Shown in pieces: positions 8,101 through 20,100 of a stretch of 32,000 nucleotides of DNA (its first letter is position 1; every line of letters begins with the position of its first letter). The stretch is from Mucisphaera calidilacus. GTDB taxonomy: Bacteria; Planctomycetota; Phycisphaerae; Phycisphaerales; Phycisphaeraceae. The notes below the pieces were generated by a model, which had not been told where the DNA came from, did no database searches, and saw nothing but the letters and a program-made list of their open reading frames with translations. Both the position numbers and the translations under genes were made by a program. The stretch lies in contig NZ_CP036280.1 of the NCBI RefSeq assembly GCF_007748075.1, positions 360,001 through 392,000 of the forward strand, read 5' to 3'.

Positions 8101-11100
8101 CTCGCGGCTGCTGACTACGTCTCTCTACGTCACGCTGTTGCAGGACGCGGGTGTCCTTGCGATGAATGCTCTGGAGGCCCATGGTCTGGGGCAGAATGGC
8201 GACGTCGATGTTGAGGCGCTCGTTGCGACGGGGCTGGTGACGCTTGATCAACTCGTTGCCGTCGGCCTGATCGCGGAAGAGGATTTCTACGACGACAACC
8301 TCGTTCTCCTGCGCAACCTTGTGGATGCGGCGTTGGTGACCGCTGCGGATCTCGCCGCCGACCAGACTCTGGATCTTGACGATCTGCTCGACACGAACGT
8401 GGTCGGCCGGCAGTACGTCGACGACGCGGGTCTCGTGGATGAGGTCGCGGGGGTGTCCGATCGGATCCTGATCACGGACCTGCTGGGGGACCCGAATGTT
8501 ACGCTCGCCAGCCTGATCGAGTCGGGGGTGTTGTCGTACCGCGACTTCGCCAACATCGCGTTTGCTCAGGAGGTTCTGGAGGCCACGACGCTGGAGGGCA
8601 GCCCGCTCTTTGTGGAGGGGCAATTCGATGATCTCGTTCGTCTGGGCAGTGTGGCTCTAGGTGATCTGCTCGGCTCGATCCTGTTCGATAACAGCCTCGA
8701 CGCCTATGTAGACGCCGAGTTCCTCGATCGCTTCGATTTCAATGATGTCAGCCTTGACGCTGCGGCTCTCGAGGGTGCCTTTGCCGTTGATGTTCCGGAT
8801 GATCGTGGCCCGACGATCGCGCTCTACGACCTGCTGACGACGTTGCCGGCGGTCACGCTTCAGAGCCTGATTCAGAACGGGTTCCTCTCCGATGCGGATC
8901 TGGTCGATCCGGCCAAGCCGCTGGACATCGTTGACCTTGAGGCTTCGGACCTGTTTGAGACGGGCGACCTGCTGAACTTCGTCAGCCAGCGTTCGGTCTA
9001 CCTCCACGATGTTGCTGAGGACGTCAACCTCGCCACGCTCGCCGAGGCCGGCCTGCTGGTCGCGGGTGACCTGATCGTGAACCGGGCCGGCGAGCTCGCG
9101 GAGTTCGTAGACGAAGGACTCCTGGGCAAGCAGAGCTTCCGGGACGTCGCGATCCCGGTGGCCACGATCACGGACAACACGACGCTGAGCAGCACCGACC
9201 TCAACAATCAGGGGATCGTTGATGCGGGCACGGTGTCGCTGCATGACCTCATCGATGCGGAGATCATCGCGCTCGATCAGCTGATTACCGATGGCGTTGT
9301 CACGGTTGCCGATCTCGTAGCCGACGTGACCTCGCGTGACGTCGATGATGTTCTCGATGCCGACGCACTCGAGCGGGCGATTCTCGAGGACGCGGGTGTT
9401 CTGACGGGCGCGGAGAACGATCGGGTCCGTCTCAACGGCTCCAGCAGCCTCCTGAGCGAGAACCTGGCTACGCTGCTGGCGCTGACCACCCAGCGTGTGG
9501 TGAATCCCTCGCACTTCGACGCGGGTGCTTCGGTGGACAAGGATGACCTTGTCACGGCGGGCCTGCTGACCGAGGTTGATCTCATCGAGGCCGGTCTCGT
9601 TTCCGCCGCGGAATTGTCGGTGACGTCGATCGGGCTGAAGCAGCTCGATCAGACGGGTGCTCTGCCTCTCGACCGACTCACGAGCATCGACGACTACATC
9701 GATCTTGGTGTGGTGACCCAGCCGCAGGTTGATGGCGTCGACACACTCGACAAGGCCGACCTGATCGCTTCGGGGCTCGTCAACGAGACCGAACTCCTGC
9801 AGGCGGGGCTGCTGGGTGAGCAGATCGAGCTGAGCGACCTGTTGACATCGGGGCTGGTCACCACGGAGCAGTTGTTGCTCAACAGCGTTACGTACAGCGA
9901 CGGGTATGTGGCCACGCAGGATCTGGTCGACAGCGGGCTGACGTCGGTGGCGGCGTTGGAGGGAGCTTCCCTGACCGGCACGCAGATCGATGTCGCGGAC
10001 CTGATCAACTCGGGTCTTGTGACGCTGCTTGATCTTGTCGACAACGGTATCGACCTGGACGACCTGCTTGCGGCCTCTCTCTCCGGCGGGACGCCTACCG
10101 AGCAGCAGGTCATCGATGCGGGGCTCTTTGATCCCAGCGTCGATATCGCTGAGCTGGTCTCTTCGGGTCTGCTCTCGGTGCAGGACCTCATCGACGGCGG
10201 TGTGCTGCCCGCGACTATCGAGTCCGCGGTGCTCGTCGGCCTGAATCTTGTCACCGGCACGCAGCTCGTGGCCGCGAGCCTGATCACGCACGGTCAGCTC
10301 GACAGCCAGACGTTCCCGTCTGTCTCGCTGACGTCGCTGCTGGCCGCGCTTCGCGATGGCGGGGACGCGGGCTCGACGCTCATCAATCTCACCGATTTGC
10401 TCAAGGCGGGTTTCTTCACCGCTGATCAGCCTCGTGCGGACCTGATCTCCGCGGGCATTGCCTCGGACATCGCGATGACCGGCGCGGGTCTTGTCGGTGC
10501 ATCGGTTGACGTGCAGGATCTGGTTCAGGCCGGCCTTACCACCTTCGAGAGCCTCGACCTCGGAGGCTTCCTGACCACGGGCGTCGATTACCGCACCGTG
10601 GTGGGTGCTCCGTTCGCTGCGGCGACGGGCGTCACGATCATCGACGATGACCTTGTGGGCGCGGGCCTGCTGTGGAAGCGTGTCGATCCCGATGCGCTGG
10701 ATGCGCTGGGTCTGGCCACGCTGGCCGATCTCGCTTCGGCCGGGCTGATTGTGGATCCGCTGATCAGTCGGGCTGAGCTTGATGAGCTCGGGTCTGTCGA
10801 CGTGGACATCCTGCGGCTGCCGCCGGTTGATCTCGCTCGGCTACTTGCCACGGATCTCGTTGACGACCGGGGCGAGGTCGATCTCGACGCACTTCTGGAC
10901 ACGCCGGTTGCGGGCGGTGACGGTCTGGTTCTCGTCAACGTCGCCGACCTCGCGAGGCTGGGTCTCATCGACTGGACCGACGTCAACGGGCACGACGTCA
11001 ATTACTTCGGGCTGAGCAATCGCTCGCTTGATCTCGCCGGCGATTTCGGGCTGGAACTTGTCGGCATGACCACCGAGGCCACCGCTGACCTTCGGGCCAC

Positions 11101-14100
11101 GGCCTCCGCGGGCTTCGATCTCGTGATCGATCTCAACGGGCTCGACAACGCGAGCGGCATCGTCTGGCTGCTGGAGGATGCCACCGCGACCGCGCAGCTG
11201 GCCTTCAACGTGATTGACCTTGACGTTGCGGCGCGGCTGGGCTTCATCGGCGTCACGCTTGCGGACGTATCGGGTCTTGAGAGCGGCGTTGCCGTGGACC
11301 TGACCCGCACGATCACGGCTGATCTTGACGGCAACGACGCCACGACGAATGATCGCCTCGTCGAGCTGGATTTGCTGCTGGGTGCGTCGCTCGACGAGCA
11401 CCTGGTCGGTTCGGTCTCCGGCTCCGCGGCCGCTACGCTCCGGGGCATCAAGGTGAATACGGGTATCGGGGGCATACCTGTCGGTCACGGTGCGTCGGTG
11501 ATCCTGACGGTTGCCGATCTCGAATCGGCGAAGGGCGAGGGTTACTACGAGCTCGCGCTGAACGATCTGCCGGGCATCTTCCGCGTCCACGAGTTGCTGA
11601 AGATCGAAGACCTGATGTCGATGCTGATCCGCACGCAGGACTACGTGCGCAAGGCGCTCGATCAGCTGCCTTTCTGGGCGACCGACCCTCAGTCTCCGCT
11701 GTACGAGTTGACCAAGGACGTCAAGATTCCGGTGATCAACAAGTCGCCGGGTGAGTTGCTCGAGCTCATCGGCCAGCTTGACGACGCTGTCACCGAGGTC
11801 CAGCGGTTCCTCTACGACCCGGAGAACGATGCGCAGCGGCTTGTCGCGTTCGTGATGGACGCTCTGGGCCTGGACATCGAGGCGGATTCGGACAAGTTCA
11901 GTGTTTACATGGAGGGCAACATCCTCCGGCTGCGGCTGAACCTGATCGAGGATTTCAGCGAGGACATCCCTCTCGATTTTGATCTGTCGGCGCTGGCCGG
12001 TGCGATCTCGGGTGATACCGCCGAGATCGCGGGCATCGACAGCCTCGTCTCGACGGAGGGCAGCGGCACGATCGCGCTCAAGGGGTTTGCGGAGTTCCAG
12101 ATCGACGCGGGCATTGATCTCGGTCCGCGTGCCGACGGGCAGGCGCCGGATTACTTCCTGTACGACTACGATGCGGGTCTTGAGCAGGGCACGCGTGTCG
12201 AAGCGGGCTTCAAGGTTCTCGGCTCGGGCATCAATCTCGACTTCGAGATCTTTGATGCCATCGGCGTCTCGTCGACCGGTGCGCTGATCCTGATGGACGC
12301 CGACAACAACCTGACCACCAATCCCGAGTTGAGCGATCCCGACGACCGTTCTGACTTTGTGCGTGTTGTCTTTGCGCTGGACCAGCAGTCCGGCACGGGG
12401 GTAACGGACGACGGCCTGTATCGATTCGACGAGACGCTGCTCGGCGACAACGTCGTGGTTGAGGTCAACGGTGGTTTTGCGATTCTTCTGCCGATCGAGA
12501 TCAACATCTTCGGCACCGTGATTGACTTCCCGGGCGAGCCGCTGTTCATCCGCACCAACCCGGCCTACATCACGACCGACGGCGGCGTGTTCGAGTCCAA
12601 CGACGGCCTTGCCGAGGTCTTCCGGCATCTGTTTGGCACGACCGATCCGACGCCGGGCCCGCACGACCCGATTCTCGTGAACGCGCCCGACATCGCGGGT
12701 GCTCTGGGCAATCTTGCCAACAGCAAGATCCGTGAGCTGCTCGAGCAACTCGCCGGCCTGATCGAGGGTCTCAAGCAACAGCTTCTTGACGCGAATCTCT
12801 TCGACCTCGCCATCCCGGGCACGAACCAGTCGATCGATGATCTGTTCGGTGCCGGCAACGACAACGGCCTGGCGGGGGTTGATACCGCTACCGGCGTCGA
12901 GGCCTTTCTTGATATTGACACCTACGTTCTTGAGTACCTCAAGACGGTGACCTGGGTGGGTGCCGGGTCCGTTGCTGACGGCACGCTGACGGCGAACGAC
13001 GTCTTCAATGGTCTCGCGACGTTCCTGACCAACCACTGGGTCCCGACGCTGCCCGGCATCGGCGCGGCCGTCGGCGGTGGTTTCATCACCATCACCAGTT
13101 CGGGTGATCAGCTCTCGCTGGACGTCAACGGCAACTACACCTTCAACAAGGATCTGCTCTGGGACCTGGATTCTCAGCTGGGTGACACCGGCCTCTCCCT
13201 GACCGGCGACCTTAACTTTAATGCCGCCTTCAATGCGCTGCTCGACCTCGACTTCGGCGTCAACCTCGCCACGGGTGCGACCGAGTTCAACTTCAATGAG
13301 TTCACGTTCGACGGGTCGTTCGACAGCACCTCGCTCTCGCCTTCGCTCGACTACAACGGCATCAGCACCGTCTCGGTCAATAACGGCACCGTCGATCTCG
13401 ACCTCGGCGGCCGTGTTTATACCGATGGCAGCGGCGACTTCCGGTTCGACCCGAGCATGGCGGGTGACGGCTCGTCGCTTGAGAACAGCATCGAGATCGA
13501 GTTGCCGCTCGAACTGCTGAGCAATCCGGTTGGCACGATCGGCTTCGCCGACACCGACTTCTACGACGGCCAGCTCGACCCCGGTTTCACGGCTGATCTG
13601 AGCGGACTCACCGGCATTCTCGACAACGCCGCGTACATCGCGCTCGACCTGCTCGGCGAGAGCGTCGATGACCTGCGTGGCACGCTGCTGACGCAGTACG
13701 ACCAGCAGGGCGACCCGGTTCCCGGAACCGGCAGCTTCCTCGACGAGAACATCGCGGGCACTGACACGTCCATCGCTCGCGTGCTCGGCCTTGACAGCCT
13801 GCTCAACCTCGGCGACTACATCCGCCACTATCTGCGTCCCCAGCTCCCCGAGAGTGGGACTTTTGAACGCGACCTGACCATTCCGCTGGGGTATCTCGAC
13901 GGCGGGTCGGTTGATCCGCGTACCAACTGGTACGGCGACGCGTCGGGCAACAACGTCCCGACCATCGGGGGTCTGCTCCAGTACCTCGAGGACAACTGGC
14001 TCCCGACGCTTGGTGGCGGGGCAGGGGGGTTCAGCTGGCAGCTCATCGGGTCCGACGCCGTAGAGATCGTCTTCACGGCCAACAGCCCGTTCACGCGCAC

Positions 14101-17100
14101 GGTGGGTGTTGATCTTGGTGCCGATGCCGAGAACCTCGGGCTGGAACTCGAGGCCGAGGCCAATTTCGAGCTGGACATCCAGCAGGACGTGATGGCGACG
14201 CTGCTGTTCGACTGGGGGGCGGACACCACTTCCTTCACGCTGGATCACTACGACTTCAGCATCGACGCCGACGTGAATGACCTCTTCGCCGGCGCTTCCT
14301 TCGGTCCGCTGGACATCTCCGTCGGGCAGGAGGCCCCCGATGGCTTGAAGGGATCCGCGTCACTTGACCTTGCCGGTCGACTCTCGTTCAACAACGCCGT
14401 TGAGCTCGCACGCACCGACCTGCTCTTTGAGGCGGGTGACCTGGCCTTCCGACTCACGCCCGAGCTTGACCCGACCAACAATCTTGAGATCGATCTTCCG
14501 CTCTTCGCGTCGCTGGCGGGCGTTGATCTCGGCTCGGTCGAGCAGGGGAGTATTCCGCGTGTCGGCCTGGCGGGTTCGATCTTCCCGAATGCCGCTGGCG
14601 CGGATCCGCTGCGCTTCACCTCGGAGAACCTCGAAGAGCTTGTTGACTTCAGTGATTTCAACATCGGCACCTTGATCGCCATGATTCAGGGAACCATCAA
14701 CTGGCTCGAGGAGATCAGCAACGCCGATTTCCTGAGCACCGAGATCCCGTTCACCGACAAGACGCTGGGTGACGTTCTGGACTTCGCGACGGTCTTCTCC
14801 GACCAGGTTCTCTCGAAGATCGATTTCGAGCGTATCCGTACCGTTCAGGACTTCATCGACGCGTTCACGCGTGCCGGCATCCTGCCCGAGGACGCCAACG
14901 TCGTCTACGACCCTGCGACGCAGACGCTCCGGTTGCCCTCGCTGTTCGACTTCAATCTCAGCGACTTCGGTCTCCGTGATCTGCAGCGGAACGGCGAGGT
15001 CACGTTCGCCAACCTCATCGACATCGGCGCACTCGACCCCGAGACCGTTCTGAGCAAGGGCACGTTACTCGACAACATGCTCGGCTTGACGCTCATCCAG
15101 TTCCGCGAGTTTGTTCGCTGGGAGCTTGTCCCGGAGGATGCCTTCGACGGTACGGGCATCACTGTCGCCGACCTCGAGTCGCTGGGCCTCATCGAGGCCG
15201 GAGCGCTCAACGGGACGGGTCTGGTCGCGGCGGGTCAGATCGCTGTGGAGGACCTGATCGGCACGGATGCTGTCAACGTCTCGCTGCTCGATCTCATCGA
15301 CGCCGACCTGCTCGGCAGCGCCGACCTCACCCTGCCTCTTGGTGATCGTCGGGTCCCCTACATTGATCTTGTCGAGTCGCGGCTGCTGAACGTCAACGAG
15401 CTGACCGCTCTTGGTGTCACGCTCTACGACCGTGACGGCAACACCACCTCTACGCCCTCTGACGCCGAGACCGTCGATCTCCAGGATCTGATCGACCTCG
15501 CCCGCTTCTCGCTCACTGAGCTGTTGGACATGGGCTTTGTCGGGCGTTCCGAGTTCAATGACGCCACCACGATCACCGTGGCTGCTTTGGAGGCGGCGGA
15601 GCTGATTGCCGAGAACGCGCTCGACGGCGAACCGATTGTCACGGCCGGCGAGGTCACGCTGGGCGACCTGCTCGCCGCCGAGTCACCGGTGTCCGTCGCT
15701 CTCGCTGACCTGATTGAGAACGGTCTTGTCGGCCGCGGCGACATGACGCTGGGCGACATCACCCTCGGCAACCTCTCCATCGATGGCTTTGATCTCCACG
15801 ACTTTGTCGACCTTGGTTTCCTCGACCAGAACACGGTCTCTACGTTCGTTTATGACCGCTTTGGTCTGGAGGATGTCCCCCTTGACCTCGGTCTTGATCT
15901 CGGTGGTGTGCTTGAGCTCAGCACGACCGCCACCGCCGACCTCGTTGCGGAGATCGAGGCGGGTCTTGACTGGGTTATCGATCTCGATGGTCTCAACGGC
16001 ACCGAGGGCCTGACGATCCTGGTTGAGAACGCTCACATCGCCGGCAGGGCCTGGTTCGACGTGAACGATCTCGAGATGGGTGCCAAGCTCGGGTTCCTCG
16101 GCCTCACGGCGGGTGGAGCGGGCAGCGGCAGCGGGATCCACTTGTTTGCGGAGGCGAGTGCCACGCTCGACGCGGACGGCAACCTCGACACGACTGATGA
16201 CCGTACCTTCGAGTTGTTCGATCTGTTCACCGGTTCGCTGTTTGACAATCTGGTGCTCGACTTCGACGGGTATGCCGAGGCCGCGCTCAACAACTTCCAG
16301 GTGGATGGCTCGATCCCGGGTCTGAACGAGGCCGCGCTCGCCGGCCAGGAAATCTCGATCGCCATTCCAAGCATCGTGAACCAGACCGGCACCGAGGTTC
16401 TCAAGAGCGGCGAGAAGACGCCGGCGGAGATTCAGGAACTCAAGGACCTCGAACGCATCGTCATCATCCTGCCGGACTTTGATGACACCTTTAACTTCAC
16501 GGATCTCGATTTCGCCAGCATCATCACGATGATCCGTCAGGGCGTCGAGTTGCTGGATCAGGCTCTGACCGATGTCCCGTTCTACCGCGAGTCCATCCCC
16601 GTCGTGAACCGTTCGCTCGAGGACGTTCTCGACTTCATCAACGATCTCACTCAGAAGCTGGAGGAAGCGGCCAACAACCCGGCCGCGGTTCTGCAAGACG
16701 TTGAGGAGGTCATCGAGGATGCGCTCGGCATCGGCGACGATGCGCTCGACCTGTTCCTCGATGGTGATGCTCTGCGTATCGACCTCAACTGGCAGCCCCT
16801 CGCCTACGAAGAGATGCTGCCTTTCGCCTTCGACCTGGGGGGGATGAAGGACCTCTCGGGCGACAGCAATGCGTCTGAGCTCAGTGGTATCAACAGCCTC
16901 GTCGACGCCAACGGCGCCGTCTCGCTTTATGCCGGTCTTGAAGCGAATCTCCAGTTCGGCGTGGACTTCAGCGAGGTCGACACCGGCGGGCTGGGTGCTC
17001 TGGAGTTCTTCTTTGTTGACTACGACGACAACGGCACGCCCGGCAACACGGCAGACGACTCGGGCACGCGTGTGGCTTTCGAGGCCCGGCTTCTCGCTGA

Positions 17101-20100
17101 CGATCTTGACCTGACCATCAACCCGTTCGACATCGGTGTCGCGGACGGCTTCGCTGTTCTCGACGGCGACGGCGATCCGCTGACCGACGACATGGCGGCG
17201 TTCACGCTCTTCCTCGATCAGGACGGCAACGCCGTTCCCGACGACGGTCGCTTTGTTATCGGCAGCGAGAGTCTCGGCGACAATCTCGACTACGCGATTG
17301 TGGGCGGGTTCGCGGTCGAGCTGCCGCTTCAGGTATTTGGCACCACGCTCGGCACGCCACTCGGCGTCGCGACCAATCCCGTCTATGGCACCGACGGCCT
17401 CAAGGAACTCTTCCTCCACCTGACCAACGACAGCGGCGCGGGCGCGAGCGATCCGATTGTTCTCACGTACCCCGACCTGACCGGCGCGCTCGGCGGCGAC
17501 TTCGGTCTGCTCGGCATCCTCAACGACCCGACGTACATCCTGGATGGTGTCGATCTTGCGCTCGGTGGCGTTCAGGAAGTCGTGGGATCGGGTTTCGCGC
17601 AGGATCTTCCGCTGATCGGTGACGAGCTCGGCGAAGCGGCGACCTTCATCCGTGACCTGCGTCAGGGCTTCCTCGCCGACCTGCGTGCCAAGCTCAGCGG
17701 CCCGGGCCAGGCGATCAATTTCATTCGTGAGGCGATGTGGGACGCTTTCGGTCCGACCGGCCTCGACATCCTGCTCGACCAGAGCGGTGACGGCCAGCTC
17801 GCCATCGAGGACATCGAGGTTGCCTGGTACGACGTGGATGGCAACAAGATCAAGGACTGGATTGTCGGTGAGGCCGTTCCCGAGTCCGGCTTTGTTTACG
17901 ACAGTTCCGGCGTGTTCGTCGGCGACGGCGTCGCGATCCCGGCAGGGGGGTTCCAGGTCTCCGACGACACGGATGCCATTCAGTTCGACCTTGATCTCGG
18001 CGGCACCGTTTTTGGCACCGGCGTCGATATCCCGCTCGAGATCGATCTGCCCGGCTTCGGTCTTGATGTCGACGGCGGCTTCGGTGTCGCGATGGACTGG
18101 TCCTACGACTTCGGCATGGGGCTGAGTCTGAACGACGGTTTCTATCTTGCGACCAATGACAAGGCGAATGACGAGGACCCCGAGCTCGAGGTCGAGATCG
18201 GCGCGTTCCTCGACGGTAAGCCGCTCGACAACACGGTCGTGACGCCTTTCTATGCGGAAGGCACGCTGCTCTTCTTCAAGGTGACTGCCACCGACACCGA
18301 CCGCGACGAGGCCAAGCCCGGCTTCCAGCCCAGCGGCGTCTTCGGCTTCCTCGAACTCGACGCCATCGGCGACGACACCACCGGGCGTCTCACGCTGAAT
18401 CACTTCCTCTCCTCGCCCATCGAGGACGTCTTCGAGCTTGACATGGGCATCGAGGCTGCGCTGAATCTCGAACTCGGTCTCGAGCTGGATGGCGTTGAGG
18501 GTCTGCCGCGTCTCGTGGCGGACCTTGTTCTCACCTGGGACTGGACGCTCCAGGAAGGCGCGAGCGAGCCGGACATCGGGCTGTATGACCTTGGCCTTGA
18601 GGTTGGTTCTTTTGTTTCCGAGGTGCTCAAGCCCATCACCGAGAACATCTCGGATGTTCTCTCGCCGTTCGAGCCGGTGGTGGACGTGTTGCTCGAGCCG
18701 ATCCCCGGTCTCGACGCGTTCATTGAGGACCCCAATCTTCTCGGGCTGATCAATTTTGTCGCGAGCCTGACCGGCAACCCGGAGATCCCGCCACAGTTCT
18801 TCTACGCGGTTGATTCCATGCTGGACATCGTCGCGCAGGTCAACGCCCTGCTCGGCACCGACGGCCGCATCCTTCTCGGCGACATCACGGGTCTGGGCAC
18901 GACCAGCGTCGAGAGCACGCAGGCCGAGTCCTCGATCCCGGCGGGTCTCCAGTCCTTCCTTGATCAGATTCGGCTCGATGGCGCCGGCGGCACGCCGGCC
19001 AACAGCGGGTTCTCCTCCGGCGGCTCGTCGACGGAGCGAAGCGGTTTCGAGATTGTTGAGTACCTGACCGACATCGGGAACTGGGCATCGCTGATCACCG
19101 GCGGCGACGCCATCCTGTTCACCTACGAGCTGCCCTACCTTGAATGGGGGATGAGCTTCAGCCAGCAGATCGCGCAGATCCCGCTCGGCCCCATTCAGAT
19201 CGTGGTCTCGGCCGTCGGATCCTTCGAGGTCTTCGCGGACCTCGGATTCGGTTACGACACCTACGGCATCCGCAAGGCCATCGAGACCGGCAATGCCTGG
19301 CAGGCGTTCGATGGCTTCTTCGTGGCCGACTACGCGCTGAGTGGTCCCAACAAGGGCCAGGAGAAAGACGAGTTCGGCTTCTCCGCGGAGATCGGATTGG
19401 AAGCGGCACTCTGGCTGCTGCTCGTGGAGGCCGGTATCGGAGGCGTGATCGGCTTCGAGGCGGGTCTCGATCTTCAGGACGTGGTCGACGACGGACGCAT
19501 CCGCGCTTCCGAACTCGCCACCATGTGGACCTACACCGGCAACGGAGCCCCGGGCGGTCTGGCGAACCTCGTCAACCTGAGCGCACGCGCCTTCTTCGAG
19601 GCCTACGCGTTCGTTGACGTCGGCATCTCGATTCCCTTCGTCGGCAAGATCATGAGCCGCGTCGTCGACTGGACCATTGCCGACGTCACCATCTTCGAGC
19701 TTGAGTACAACGCGCCCAAGGTCGAGCCGATCCTCGCGACGATCTCCGGCGATCAGCTCATCCTCAACACCGGCAAGCGTGCGGGCGACCGCGAGTACCT
19801 CGACTTCACCGACGGCGGCGAACGCTTCACCGTCACCGGTGACAGCTCGAGCATTACTGTCAAGTACGACGAGTGGGAGCAGACTTACGACGGCAGCTTC
19901 ACCACCCTCATCGCCGACGGCGGCGCGGGCGACGACGTCTTCAACGCCAGCGGTCTTATGGGTGTGAACGTCGAGTTTGACGGTGGTGTCGGCAACGACG
20001 CGCTGACCAGCGGCTCGGGCACGGCCACCATGACGGGCGGCGCGGGCGACGACCGGCTCATCGCCACCAACGCCACGGGTGTCGTCTACCTCGAGGGTGG

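Noticed and set aside
6863-14248. Minus-strand ORFs 6863-8038, 8075-8623, 8657-10291 and 10841-14248 (up to 1,135 aa).
   Set aside because: Same reason: these are antisense shadows over the DxGL arrays and module A. They are R/Q/D/V/E-rich, have no motifs and are mutually overlapping.
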